The notes: generated by a model from the sequence alone, not told the origin. Shown: positions 40,693 to 50,841, counted from the stretch's first letter. The stretch is DNA of 64,000 nucleotides from Methanothrix sp. (GCA_963682135.1 OY821645.1:2176001-2240000); one strand, 5' to 3'. Program-made: numbers and translations.

Positions 40693-41445
40693 ATGGCGTT
40701 CTACACGTTGGGCCTCACTTTTAATCTTGTGATTTTCCTGACAGTAATTGTACTTGCTGTTTGGGCATATGGTATATATTTCAACTTTAAGAAATGGGGC
40801 CTCGGATCCACCGGCTACCACGACCAGTTGCGCAATAGCTTCTGGCTCTTCCTTGCCACCTGGATTCATGAGGCATTTAAGGATGGATTATGGGTATTTT
40901 TGAGGACTGCAGTGCTTGATGTTCTTCTATTGAGGAGGACGCTGGCCAGAAGCCCGGTGCGATGGGTTATGCACATGTCCATGTTTTATGGATTCCTGAT
41001 GCTTGCGGCACTTTCCGGCCTTGGACTTATGATCGATATCGTCGAGCATTTCAACCTGCTCGGGCTCTCTGCAGAAGCTGAGATGGCCAAGGAACTTCTC
41101 TCGCTACCCTTCGATATCTTCGGCTACCTGCTCCTCATCGGAGCCACCATCGCCGTATCCAGGAGAATCCTGCTTAAGTTCGTCCGGGATAACACCAGCG
41201 CCTATGACGCGCTGTTGATCGGCGCTGTGTTCCTCATCACCATCACTGGATTTTATGCTGAATGGATGCGCGGCAATTCCTTCCTCATCGGGAATGCCTT
41301 TGAATATCCCATCTATGCACCCCACTTCGCATTGATTCACACCGTTATGGCAATTGGTCTGTTCGCCTTGATCTTGCCATGGAGCAAATACATCCACGTC
41401 ATAGCTACACCCATGACCCTGATAGCCAATAGAGGAGGAGAATAA
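40693..41445 (+). CDS. hdrE: Membrane heterodisulfide reductase cytochrome b subunit
   Basis: NarI-like TM protein with heme His ligands (WVMH, LIH, KYIH), immediately before hdrD. Confidence 0.88.
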   Translation: MAFYTLGLTFNLVIFLTVIVLAVWAYGIYFNFKKWGLGSTGYHDQLRNSFWLFLATWIHEAFKDGLWVFLRTAVLDVLLLRRTLARSPVRWVMHMSMFYGFLMLAALSGLGLMIDIVEHFNLLGLSAEAEMAKELLSLPFDIFGYLLLIGATIAVSRRILLKFVRDNTSAYDALLIGAVFLITITGFYAEWMRGNSFLIGNAFEYPIYAPHFALIHTVMAIGLFALILPWSKYIHVIATPMTLIANRGGE

Positions 41446-41447
41446 GA

Positions 41448-42818
41448 ATGGCTGATCAAAAAGGCTCCAAGCCCTTGATGACGGGCTATATGATGTCCAC
41501 CCAGCTCTTGGAAGTTGACGGCTGCAACAGATGTCAGGAGTGTATGAAGTGGTGCCCGACATTCGCGGTAAGGCCGGATCGGCCAGGCATTACTCCCATG
41601 TATAAGAACGCAAGGTGGAGAGAGCTCATGGCCAAGAGCCAGAGCCTGCGCGCCAAGATCTTCGGCCCCAAGCCCCTCACCGATGATGAGATGAAGGTCT
41701 TCACCGAGGACACATATAGCTGCACCACCTGCGGCGTCTGCGGCACCGTCTGTGAAGCAGGAATCAGGACCGTTGAGCTCTGGGAGGCCATGCGGCCCAA
41801 CCTGGTAAAGCGTGGCGACGGACCCGTAGGAAAGCAGCCCTTCTTCCCCAAGCTGATCAAGGGAGATAGAAATCCCTACATGGCCAAGCAAGAAGAACGG
41901 TTGTGCTGGATACCCAAGGATGCCAAGGTGCAGGAGTCCGGAGAGCTGGTCTACTTCGCAGGATGCACTGCCGCATACAGGCAGCAGGCCCTGGGAGTGG
42001 CTACAGTCAGGATCCTGAATAAGTTGAACGTGGACTTCGCCATGCTGGGCAAGGACGAATGGTGCTGTGCTTCCGCACTCATCAGAACCGGCCAGCGCGA
42101 GGTCATGGCCGAGCATGCCGTGCATAATATCGATGCTCTCAAAGACGCAGGAGCGAAGAACGTGCTCTTTGCCTGCGCCGGATGTCTGCGAAATGCCGCC
42201 GTGGATTGGCCCATGTGGTATGAGGGCTATATTCCCTACGAGACCATGCCTCTCTCCGTGTTCCTGAGGGACAAGATAAGAAAAGGCGAGGTCGAGTACA
42301 AGATACCTCTGAACTACAGGTTCACTTACCATGACCCCTGCCACAACGGAAGGCATCTCATGCACCTCAAGGGAAAAGATTGGTCCTTCGAGGCGCCCAG
42401 GGATGTAGTCCAGTCCATCCCCGGCGTCAAGTTCCAGGAGATGGTGAGAAACAGGGCTCTGCAGAGATGCTGTGGTGCAGGCGGCGGCGTAAAGGCAGGT
42501 ATTCCCGACCTGGCCATGGACTGCGCTATGGCCCGAGTTCAGGATGCAACGGATATTCAGGCAGAGGTGATCTGTTCCACCTGTCCGTTCTGCAGGCTGA
42601 ATCTGATCGACGGAAGAAACACGGCAAAGTCCCCCATCAAGATGGTGGATATTGTTGAGATGATGGCCGCCTCCATGGGTTTGGACACAGCCATACCTGA
42701 AAATCCGTACACCAAGTTCCAGTCCCAGGATGTCCTGGTCTGCAGCCCAGTCGAGTGCAAGCTCGATACTGTGGAGCGCAAGGAACCCGGTAAGGATCTG
42801 GTGGGCGAGGCTCACTAA
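41448..42818 (+). CDS. hdrD: Heterodisulfide reductase catalytic subunit D
   Basis: Two CxxCxxCxxxC clusters and two CCG-type domains (EWCCA, HDPCH, RCCGAGGG, TCPFC). Confidence 0.9.
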   Translation: MADQKGSKPLMTGYMMSTQLLEVDGCNRCQECMKWCPTFAVRPDRPGITPMYKNARWRELMAKSQSLRAKIFGPKPLTDDEMKVFTEDTYSCTTCGVCGTVCEAGIRTVELWEAMRPNLVKRGDGPVGKQPFFPKLIKGDRNPYMAKQEERLCWIPKDAKVQESGELVYFAGCTAAYRQQALGVATVRILNKLNVDFAMLGKDEWCCASALIRTGQREVMAEHAVHNIDALKDAGAKNVLFACAGCLRNAAVDWPMWYEGYIPYETMPLSVFLRDKIRKGEVEYKIPLNYRFTYHDPCHNGRHLMHLKGKDWSFEAPRDVVQSIPGVKFQEMVRNRALQRCCGAGGGVKAGIPDLAMDCAMARVQDATDIQAEVICSTCPFCRLNLIDGRNTAKSPIKMVDIVEMMAASMGLDTAIPENPYTKFQSQDVLVCSPVECKLDTVERKEPGKDLVGEAH

Positions 42819-42820
42819 GA

Positions 42821-42852
42821 AAAATGCCCGCTGCGGCGGACATTTTTTTTTT
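42821..42852. terminator. Hairpin with T-run between convergent genes
   Basis: AATG.CCGC...GCGG.CATT followed by about 10 T. Confidence 0.55.
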
Positions 42853-42902
42853 ACAAAATTTTTTAAAAAATCGTGATCATTTTAGCAAAAATTTTTACTT
42901 CT

Positions 42903-44066
42903 CTATCTCAGGCACTTGTCTGTGAAAGCTTTGGGCAGGAGTTCGGCAACCGTAGCGGTCATTGCATCACCTTTTTCATTTGCCATGATGACCACGATAT
43001 CCTCTCCGAACTCGATCAGGCTCTGCCTGCATATGCCGCAGGGCGATACCGGCTCGACGGCATTTCCAGCTATTGCTATCGCCTCAAATTCCCGCTCGCC
43101 TGAGGCTATGGCTCTGGCAATAGCAGCTCTCTCCGCACAGATGCTCGCCCCGGCTGCGGCACTCTCAATGTTGCCTGCCGAGTAGATCCGGCCACTGCGG
43201 GAGAGAAGCGCCGCGCCCACCTTAAATCCTGAGTAAGGGGCATAGGCATCATTCGCTGCCTTCTTGGCTTGTTCGATAAGATCATCATACCCACCAGTAT
43301 AAGGACGGGGCCCACAGCGCAGTGCTCCGATGTACATGCACTCCTGGGGCGCAATGGTGGGAATCGCACAATTTGCCTCGCTGATGGACACAGGCGCGCC
43401 CTTTATGATCACCGCTGGAATTCCCTCGTCTCCTTCACCCATAACTATCTGAGCGGCAGAAACCAAATTGTCTGCCACCGCCTTGCGAGTGATCTTCAGC
43501 TCCCGGCCAAAGAGGTCCTTTTGGCCTCGCGCGTCCTCGACTGGTTCCAGACCTGCACAGGCCAGAGCCACGCCTACGCAGCCCAGTCGCAGAGGATGAG
43601 TCCTGCTGTCTCCAATGATAACGGCTATCTTCCGGCCTTTCGCCATACGCTCCCTGATCTCGAATGCCGATTTTTGAGCATCAGCCGGAAATAATACCAC
43701 GTGACCGGGCGGGGCATTGGAGCTATCGATGCCGGCGTTGGGATAAAGAAAGCCCTCTCTCAGCGTCAGCACTACGCCTGGGATGCCCCCCATTATCTCA
43801 TCCGACTCTTGCAGGATCAGCTCCATCTCGCGCGGATCTTTGCAATACCTGGCAGCCATGGCGATGGCTAGTGGGCTGGCAATTACATCATGCAAAGCCA
43901 CAACCCTTCCCTCTGCTGTAGCCACAGTACTCTCCGAGATGACCAGAATGTCGCCATCCTCTAATGCCTGGCCTGAATTGGCCATGGCCCTCTCAAGGGA
44001 CTCTACCAGGTCATCGCCCGGTCTTATGAGATCCGTCTTTATGCCTAAAACCTGCAACACACTCAC
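42903..44066 (-). CDS. CofE-like gamma-glutamyl ligase fused to cytidine deaminase
   Basis: N-terminal PNAGIDSSN, IGDSR..PLR.G..GVA, DLFGR.L, GEG.EGIP; C-terminal AYAPYSGFKVGAA, ICAER, PCGICRQ. Confidence 0.9.
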   Translation of the reverse strand: MSVLQVLGIKTDLIRPGDDLVESLERAMANSGQALEDGDILVISESTVATAEGRVVALHDVIASPLAIAMAARYCKDPREMELILQESDEIMGGIPGVVLTLREGFLYPNAGIDSSNAPPGHVVLFPADAQKSAFEIRERMAKGRKIAVIIGDSRTHPLRLGCVGVALACAGLEPVEDARGQKDLFGRELKITRKAVADNLVSAAQIVMGEGDEGIPAVIIKGAPVSISEANCAIPTIAPQECMYIGALRCGPRPYTGGYDDLIEQAKKAANDAYAPYSGFKVGAALLSRSGRIYSAGNIESAAAGASICAERAAIARAIASGEREFEAIAIAGNAVEPVSPCGICRQSLIEFGEDIVVIMANEKGDAMTATVAELLPKAFTDKCLR

Positions 44067-45292
44067 CTGTAACGCTCTGGGCTTTCTATCATTGCATTAG
44101 CCTCCTCGATCCTCGCGGCCAAACGCGAGAGACGAAAGGGCTGGCCGCTCAAGTTCTTTACCAGGCCGGCTATCTGATGGGTGGTGCCGAATATTAAAAC
44201 CTCTTCCGGTCGAGGATCGCAGCGAAGAGCAAGCTTGGGAATGGCGGCATCTCCGCCTCGAGCCAGCATCTCCTGCTTTATTATTATGGCCTCCATGCTG
44301 CTCAGGCCGCGTACGGCCAGGATACGAAAAGAGCTTTTCTTGCAGAGAGTGCCATATCCTCGCTCATCTACCTCTGTTCTGCGGAGGTTTTCGGCCATAT
44401 CTTCACCCTGACCCAAATAGCCCAGCACCTCCACCTCCATCTCCTCATCTGCGGATATACCCGGACTGCCTCTGATCGCCTGGGCCATGGCTACAGTCTC
44501 CCGGCTGGCGGCGATATCATGCGTCCTGACGATATGCGCCCCCAGGTAGACTGCGATAGCCGTGGCGGCCAGCGTTCCCGCCAGCCTCTGGAAGGGATCG
44601 GGCTTATGCAGGCGCTCCCCGATGAAAGACTTGCGAGAGAGAGCTGCGACTACCGGCCGCCCTAAAGCACGCAGTCGCAGCATTCCATCCAGGATGGCCA
44701 GATCGTGGGCGGGTGTCTTTTCCGGTATCCATTTGCCGATGCCCGGATCAACTGAGATCTTCTCTTGGCATACTCCGCTTTGGGCTGCAGCCCTCATTCT
44801 ATCACCCAGAATTGCAATTATCTCGTTTAAATGGAGCAGATCGCCCGCTCTCTGCAAAGAGGCCATGATGATCAAGGAGCCGTTGTACTCGGCCACGCGG
44901 GCAGCCATATTGGGGTCAGACAGTCCGGAGACATCATTTATGCAGGTGGCACCCAGAGAGAGAGCATCTTCGGCAATACCGGACCTCTGTGTATCTATGG
45001 AGATGGTGATATCCAGGTTTTCCAAAATATCCTTGAGCGCCGGAAAGAGCCTCTCTCGTTCCACGTCTTCACTTATGGGTGGAGAACCCGGCGCCGTGGA
45101 GACGCCGCCCAAGTCGATCATATCCGCGCCCTGCTCTTGCATAGCAGTCGCCAGGGAGAGAGCTTCATGGGGGCCGGCCACTGAGCCCTTGTAGAATGAC
45201 TCACGGCTGAGATTGATTACGCCCATCAGCCGCACGGGGTGGCTGTCTCCTACCGGGACGCGACCCAAAATGCCTTCTATCAATCCCAACAC
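44063..45292 (-). CDS. folP: Dihydropteroate synthase with C-terminal extra domain
   Basis: MGVINLS.ESFY, D.GG.STAPG, SIDT, INDVSG, DPGIG, SRKSFIG, RTHD; C-terminal IIKQEMLARGGDAA. Confidence 0.92.
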   Translation of the reverse strand: MLGLIEGILGRVPVGDSHPVRLMGVINLSRESFYKGSVAGPHEALSLATAMQEQGADMIDLGGVSTAPGSPPISEDVERERLFPALKDILENLDITISIDTQRSGIAEDALSLGATCINDVSGLSDPNMAARVAEYNGSLIIMASLQRAGDLLHLNEIIAILGDRMRAAAQSGVCQEKISVDPGIGKWIPEKTPAHDLAILDGMLRLRALGRPVVAALSRKSFIGERLHKPDPFQRLAGTLAATAIAVYLGAHIVRTHDIAASRETVAMAQAIRGSPGISADEEMEVEVLGYLGQGEDMAENLRRTEVDERGYGTLCKKSSFRILAVRGLSSMEAIIIKQEMLARGGDAAIPKLALRCDPRPEEVLIFGTTHQIAGLVKNLSGQPFRLSRLAARIEEANAMIESPERYR

Positions 45293-45330
45293 CTCGCAAA
45301 CCGGAACATATTATCCCTTCTCTTGTAACG

Positions 45331-46098
45331 CTACTCCGACAGCCGCAACAATATTCCCGTCCTTCTCGCCCTCTCAATTGCGCGGTCGAAGAGGATCAGC
45401 CCTAGACACAGGTAGAAAACGGCCAGAAATACGCCAATGGCCAGATGATGGGGCCCTGGAATAAATACTGACCTGTAGTACTCTAAAAAGTAGGTCAGGG
45501 GTATGGCTCTGGCCAGCGTCTGCAACAAGGGAGGCAGCACCTCGACGGGATAGTAAATTCCACTGACGAGAAGGATCATGCCGCTCAGGCTCCAGGCGGC
45601 AACATCTGCTTTCTGGCCAAAGGTGAGAATGGATATGCACACTGTGATGCCGATGACTGCAGCCGTAGCGAAGACACCTGCCAGAAATATCAACACCGGT
45701 AGCAGGCCGCCGTACTGGAAATCAAAGCCAAAGAGGTAGCGGCTAACTATTGCCAGAATGAAAAAGACGACACTGCCCCGCAGGATGCCGAAGAGTGTTG
45801 CTCCAAAGACCAGATGGTGGCTACGAATCGGAGCGATGAAAGTGTTCTTGATGCTCTTGGACCACATATCGAATAAAAGAACATAAGCTACATCGATCTG
45901 AGCCACCTGCAAAATGGTAAGAGCAATAGCTCCCACCAGGAGAAAGGAGACCATCGAGCCCTCTACCTTCAAGAACCGGGTGAGCAGACCAATGGATAGC
46001 AGGCTGATCATGGGCCAGAAGAATAGCTCGAATAAGGTGAAGATGTTCCTCTTGGAGATGAGCCAGTTCTTGTAGGCACTGGCCAAATACTTGTTCAA
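45331..46098 (-). CDS. ABC-2 type permease
   Basis: About 6 TM helices, SGIYYPVEVLP...IPLTY. Confidence 0.88.
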   Translation of the reverse strand: MNKYLASAYKNWLISKRNIFTLFELFFWPMISLLSIGLLTRFLKVEGSMVSFLLVGAIALTILQVAQIDVAYVLLFDMWSKSIKNTFIAPIRSHHLVFGATLFGILRGSVVFFILAIVSRYLFGFDFQYGGLLPVLIFLAGVFATAAVIGITVCISILTFGQKADVAAWSLSGMILLVSGIYYPVEVLPPLLQTLARAIPLTYFLEYYRSVFIPGPHHLAIGVFLAVFYLCLGLILFDRAIERARRTGILLRLSE

Positions 46099-46099
46099 T

Positions 46100-47032
46100 T
46101 CACCTTGCCAGTTCAAGGAATACATCCTCCAAATCAGGCTCTTTTATGGTTATATTAAGAATTCTGGCATTGCAAAAGAGTTTGACTATCCTGTCCAGAC
46201 TATCCTCGACTCTGTCGATCACAATTTCCAAGCTGCCCCTCTCCGCTTTTATACCTAAAACGCCCGGCAAGCTCTCCAGGGCGGTGATGTCTACCGTTCC
46301 TTCGTAAGTGACCACGATCCGTTCCCCCAGTCCCAGATGCTTCTTCAAATTACGTGGCGTATCCAGCGCCACAATCCCGCCCTTGCGCAGGAATGCAATC
46401 CTATCGCAGAGCATCTCTGCCTCCGGCATATAGTGAGTGGATAAGACCACAGAGATATTCTGTTCCTGGTGAATTCTTTTTATCAGCATGCGGGTCTTTA
46501 TGGATATATCAGGGTCCAGACCCGTGGTGGGCTCGTCTAGGAAGAGCAGACGAGGATGGTTGAGCATGGCCTTGGCCAGGGAGAGACGCTGCTTGAGGCC
46601 GGTAGAGAGGTTCTCGAACTTCATATCCCCGAACTCACCCAGCTCGAAAGCATCAATTTGATCCTCCACCGTCCTGGAGAGAGCGGAGCCATAAAGGCCG
46701 TAGAGCATGCCGTAGTAGCGCAGGTTCTCTCGCACAGTCAGGCTCCAGGGAAAATTGGGTTTGGCAGTGCTGATGTTTATGACTTTGCGTATCTCTTTGC
46801 TATCACGACGTGCATCCATTCCCAGGATGAAAAGACTTCCCCGCTCCGGGTAGATGAGTGTGGAGAAAATAGAGATGAGAGTGGTCTTGCCTGAGCCGTT
46901 GGGACCGAGCAGGCCGAAGATCTCACCCTCCTCAATATCCAGAGATATGTCATGAAGAACGTGGGCACTCTTCCCCAAGAAGCTCTTATACATCTTGCAG
47001 ATTCCTGTAGCTGTAATTGGTTTTTCTATCAT
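46100..47032 (-). CDS. ABC-2 exporter ATP-binding protein
   Basis: GPNGSGKTT, LSTG, LDEPTTGLDP, STH, LEDVFL. Confidence 0.92.
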   Translation of the reverse strand: MIEKPITATGICKMYKSFLGKSAHVLHDISLDIEEGEIFGLLGPNGSGKTTLISIFSTLIYPERGSLFILGMDARRDSKEIRKVINISTAKPNFPWSLTVRENLRYYGMLYGLYGSALSRTVEDQIDAFELGEFGDMKFENLSTGLKQRLSLAKAMLNHPRLLFLDEPTTGLDPDISIKTRMLIKRIHQEQNISVVLSTHYMPEAEMLCDRIAFLRKGGIVALDTPRNLKKHLGLGERIVVTYEGTVDITALESLPGVLGIKAERGSLEIVIDRVEDSLDRIVKLFCNARILNITIKEPDLEDVFLELAR

Positions 47033-47065
47033 GTATCGCTCTTGCTTTGATTGCAGCGACTATCT

Positions 47066-48046
47066 CTACCGCTTTCTTCTCTTGCGACTCAAGAGTCGAT
47101 CCCCTTTTCTCCATATCAGAAAAGCAGCCAGACCGGCTACTGCGAGGCCCCCTAATACAGATACAGGTCGGGCAAATTTACCGAGAAACCCGGCATCAGA
47201 GAGAGTGATTTGCAGAGGAACAATTATGCTTTTCTCTTGACACACAATCTCACAGCCCATTTGGTAATCCTGCATGCTGGCATTTCCATCTACACCAACC
47301 TTGAATTCCATTACCTGTAGTGAACCTGGACCCAGATCCCCGAGCAATATGGCCGGGCTTTCTACGTAGAAAGGAGGTGCAGCCAGGAGCCTGGCCGAGC
47401 AATTGCATAGCGGCGCCGCGCCGTCATTGCTTATCGCCATACTCACGCGTTCACTTCCACCTGCATAAAGCTGGGACTTAATCCCGAAAATATGCAAAGT
47501 TTGATTAGATCCAGATACAAATACATTGCAAGTAATGTTTTGCCTTTCTGCTTCATAGAGAGGAAAGACCTCGCCGCTTTTCACGCTTACATCCACCTGC
47601 CGCTCATAATCAACGCTCAGGGGAAGGGCATACCAGCCGCTGGCATTCTTCTGCGCCGTGATATGAAACTGCAGCATTACCACGGACCCCGCGGGAAGGA
47701 CAAGGATGTTCTGTGGACCTGTTGTCACCTTTATGGCTCGCGCTTCCCCGAGGATGGCATTGATGTTCAGGGCATCACAGCTCTTTGTCTCTGCTATCAT
47801 CTCCTGCAATATGTCTTCATTGGGGCCGCTCTCGTTAATGGGAATAAGCTCTTCCAGCTCACCTGCATTGGCCAGGTTTATTTGCAGTATACTATCGCCA
47901 GGCAGCAGAACCGGATTGGCCGCACAAGCGGTAAGTTCTGGTTGGCCCAGAGATTTATAGTGATCATCAGCAAAAAATATAAGATCTTCCGCCAGGCCGT
48001 TGCCGGCAAGAAGAAGCAGAATGCTGATGACATGCAGGAGCCTCAT
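47066..48046 (-). CDS. S-layer/CARDB-like (COG1361) surface protein
   Basis: Signal peptide, Ig-like beta domains (LGDL.PG), C-terminal TM and basic tail. Confidence 0.7.
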   Translation of the reverse strand: MRLLHVISILLLLAGNGLAEDLIFFADDHYKSLGQPELTACAANPVLLPGDSILQINLANAGELEELIPINESGPNEDILQEMIAETKSCDALNINAILGEARAIKVTTGPQNILVLPAGSVVMLQFHITAQKNASGWYALPLSVDYERQVDVSVKSGEVFPLYEAERQNITCNVFVSGSNQTLHIFGIKSQLYAGGSERVSMAISNDGAAPLCNCSARLLAAPPFYVESPAILLGDLGPGSLQVMEFKVGVDGNASMQDYQMGCEIVCQEKSIIVPLQITLSDAGFLGKFARPVSVLGGLAVAGLAAFLIWRKGDRLLSRKRRKR

Positions 48047-48085
48047 CCTCTTTCAAGTTAATTTGCATCTATTAATTAAACCTAT

Positions 48086-48886
48086 CTACCGAGAAAGCAG
48101 GGTGCTCAGGAAGAAGGCTACGGCTGCGGTCAGAATTATGGTCGCACCGGAGGGCACATCCAGCTCGTAGGATATGAGCAGTCCAATGGTCACAAAGACC
48201 GCACCCAGGAATATGGACCCTGCCATGATGGCAGGCAAGCCCATCATGTGCCGCCGGCTTATGGCGCCGGGAATGGTCAGAAGCGCTATGACCATGATTA
48301 TCCCTACGATCTTGATGAGGATGACCACACTGAAAGCCACCATGACCAGAAGCAGAAGGCGAAGGCTTTGCACAGGAAGGCCGATGGCTTCTGCGTAAAT
48401 GGGATCGAAACTCAGGAGAAGAAACTCTTTGTAGAGCAGAAAGACAAGAACCAGGATGGTCAAAGTAAGTGCCGAAATAAGCAGTACATCGCTCCTCGTC
48501 ACAGCTAAAATATTTCCGAACAGGTAGCCGTAAAGGTCACGAGCGTAGCCCTGAGAGAGAGTGAGGAGCATTATTCCTAAAGCCATACCAGTGGCCATGA
48601 AGACACCAATGGCCGTGTCCTCTGAGATGCGCGCTCGGGAGCTGACCATTCCTATACCAAGAGCGGTTAAAACGGCAGACCCTACTCCGAAGGCCAGCGG
48701 ATCGTAGCCCAGGAAGTAACCAAGACCGATGCCCCCAAATGCAGCGTGAGCGATGCCATCACTGATGAACACGATTTTATTTAAAATAACATATATTCCG
48801 ATTACACCACACAATACCGAGGCGGCCAAGCCCGCAGCCAGAGCATTGTTCATGAAGTCGTACTGGAAGAAACCTAGATCAATCAT
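48086..48886 (-). CDS. znuB: Zn/Mn ABC transporter permease
   Basis: SDGIAHAAFGG, EDTAIG, YLFGNIL, VG...V.ALL.IP. Confidence 0.92.
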   Translation of the reverse strand: MIDLGFFQYDFMNNALAAGLAASVLCGVIGIYVILNKIVFISDGIAHAAFGGIGLGYFLGYDPLAFGVGSAVLTALGIGMVSSRARISEDTAIGVFMATGMALGIMLLTLSQGYARDLYGYLFGNILAVTRSDVLLISALTLTILVLVFLLYKEFLLLSFDPIYAEAIGLPVQSLRLLLLVMVAFSVVILIKIVGIIMVIALLTIPGAISRRHMMGLPAIMAGSIFLGAVFVTIGLLISYELDVPSGATIILTAAVAFFLSTLLSR

Positions 48887-49640
48887 GTTCCCTCAAGACC
48901 CGATGGGGTGTGCCGTGCGCTATCATCTCGACCGGGCAGCCATATGCCTTCTCGATATCATCATTGCTCAGTTCCTTGGAGTCATGATAATAAAGCCGCT
49001 GGTTTAGGCAGGCGATCTTGCTCACATACTTGGAGATGGCTGTTACATCATGGGAGACCAGCACAATAGCGATGCGAAGATCGCGATTCAAGTGGCAGAG
49101 AAGATCGTAAAAGTCGGTCTGTTGGGCGGAATCAACGCCTGCTGTGGGCTCATCTAGAAGAAGAAGCTCTGGATCGGAGACCAATGATCGGGCTACAAAG
49201 ACCCTCTGTTGCTCCCCTCCCGAGAGAGCACCTATCTCGCGCATAGCTCGATCCTGCATTCCCACAGCCTCCAGAGCCTTGAGCGCCGCCTGACGGTCCA
49301 CACAGCCATAACGATGCATCAGCCCTCTGCGACTGTATCGTCCCATGAGCACCACATCCAGCACATTAACAGGAAAGCTCTGGTCGAAGACCGTCTTTTG
49401 GGGCATGTAGCCTACGCAGCTTCGCGCCTCTGCGGGCGGCAGCCCGAAGAGAGCAATGCTGCCCCGGTCCGGCTTGATCAGGCCCAGCATTACCTTCAGC
49501 AGGGTAGATTTGCCGCCCCCGTTGGGGCCAATAAGGCCAAGAAAGTCGCCCGCTACCAGCTCCAGATTTATGTCCTCCAGGACGGCATGCTCTGCTCGGC
49601 AGATCCAAAGGCCCTTTATAGATACTATCTTCTCAGTCAT
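48879..49640 (-). CDS. znuC: Zn/Mn ABC transporter ATPase
   Basis: GPNGGGKST, LSGGEQQRV, LDEPT, SHD, His-containing tail. Confidence 0.92.
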   Translation of the reverse strand: MTEKIVSIKGLWICRAEHAVLEDINLELVAGDFLGLIGPNGGGKSTLLKVMLGLIKPDRGSIALFGLPPAEARSCVGYMPQKTVFDQSFPVNVLDVVLMGRYSRRGLMHRYGCVDRQAALKALEAVGMQDRAMREIGALSGGEQQRVFVARSLVSDPELLLLDEPTAGVDSAQQTDFYDLLCHLNRDLRIAIVLVSHDVTAISKYVSKIACLNQRLYYHDSKELSNDDIEKAYGCPVEMIAHGTPHRVLREHD

Positions 49641-50518
49641 ATTTGGCTCTGGGCAATCTCTAGGCTGGCATTTCTCATATTATCCAGATAATTTCCAGCC
49701 AATGGATCAATGGTGACGATGCGGGCATTCATCTCCCGAGCAATTACTTCCGCGGTCTTGGGATTGAACTCCGGCTCTATAAAGATCGCAGTGATATTAT
49801 TCTTTTTGGCCAGCTCTATCACCTCGCCCAGGTATTTGGGCCCCGGTTCTTTCTCGTTCTCCATAAGCGGTACCTGAATAAGGCCGTAATCCCGAGCAAA
49901 GTAGGTCCAGGCAGGATGATGCACAATGAAGATCTTGTTCTTTTTGCCTGCAAAGGTACTGTTCAATTCTATGTCCAGGGCTTTCAGCTTTTCCAAATAA
50001 CCGTCCCGGTTCTTGATATAATAATCTTTATTTTGGGGATCTACCAGTATCAAGCCGGAGCAGATATTGTTTACCTGGTGGACTGCATTTCGCAAAGAGA
50101 GCCAAATGTGCGGATCCATCTCACCCTCACCCTCTTGCAGAAGGATTACGCCCTGAGAGGAGTCTACTACCGTCATTCTTTTATTGGCCTCCAGAAGCTT
50201 ATCCATCCAGAACTCAAGACCGGCACCATTCATGACATAAAGGTCGGTTTTGGCCATCTCCATCATCAGGGAAGGCGTGGGCTCGAAGGTATGAGGTTCA
50301 GCTCCCGGCGGGACTACGAGAATGACATCAACCTTCTCGCCACCCACCGCTTTCACAAATTCGCCCAGAGGAGCTATGGTTGTAGCCACATTGATCTTGT
50401 GAGAAACATTGCTGGGAACAGCTGCAATAGAGGACTCATCTTGCGAGACGCATCCTGATAATATAGTTATTGCTATCAGGAAAACAAATATATTGACCTT
50501 ATTAATAGTACTAATCAT
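49637..50518 (-). CDS. znuA: Zn/Mn ABC transporter substrate-binding lipoprotein
   Basis: Lipobox LSGC, EPHTFEP, DPHIWLS, HPAW.YF. Likely true start 50518, not 50788. Confidence 0.92.
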   Translation of the reverse strand: MISTINKVNIFVFLIAITILSGCVSQDESSIAAVPSNVSHKINVATTIAPLGEFVKAVGGEKVDVILVVPPGAEPHTFEPTPSLMMEMAKTDLYVMNGAGLEFWMDKLLEANKRMTVVDSSQGVILLQEGEGEMDPHIWLSLRNAVHQVNNICSGLILVDPQNKDYYIKNRDGYLEKLKALDIELNSTFAGKKNKIFIVHHPAWTYFARDYGLIQVPLMENEKEPGPKYLGEVIELAKKNNITAIFIEPEFNPKTAEVIAREMNARIVTIDPLAGNYLDNMRNASLEIAQSQI

Positions 50519-50841
50519 ACTTTTGCACCGTCTTTGGTCTTTTTGGACAATAGATTCTTGCCTATGTACTTGGAGCGCGTCTTTCCGCCCTCCCGCCAGT
50601 AACCGTACCAGTAAGGGCCATGTGGACATCCTTTGCAGTTCTTGCCACAGGAAACCTTCTCCAGGCGGTAGGTAGTCGACCCACTCGTACGCACCTCTAA
50701 TACCTCCCTGTCGCCCGGCAACTCTTCTTCCAGAAGAGGTTTGCTCCTTTCCGAGATGAGGTGCTCGATGTGATCTCTGACTTCGCAAAGTACAGAGAGA
50801 TCCTGGTGCGCCAGTGATCTGATGATTGACTTGGGTATCAA
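50515..50841 (-). CDS. DUF6788-like Cys/His small protein
   Basis: SCGKNCKGCPHGPYWY.YWREGGKTRSKYIGK; its stop overlaps the znuA ATG. Confidence 0.75.
   Translation of the reverse strand: MIPKSIIRSLAHQDLSVLCEVRDHIEHLISERSKPLLEEELPGDREVLEVRTSGSTTYRLEKVSCGKNCKGCPHGPYWYGYWREGGKTRSKYIGKNLLSKKTKDGAKV

Noticed and set aside
41337-42815. Long antisense ORFs (492 aa here; also 8142..9248, 26048..26884, 35242..36039)
   Set aside because: They are shadows of well-supported genes on the opposite strand and have no motifs.
49637-50788. 383-aa znuA with N-terminal extension
   Set aside because: The extension overlaps the DUF6788-like gene; the lipoprotein signal begins at 50518.
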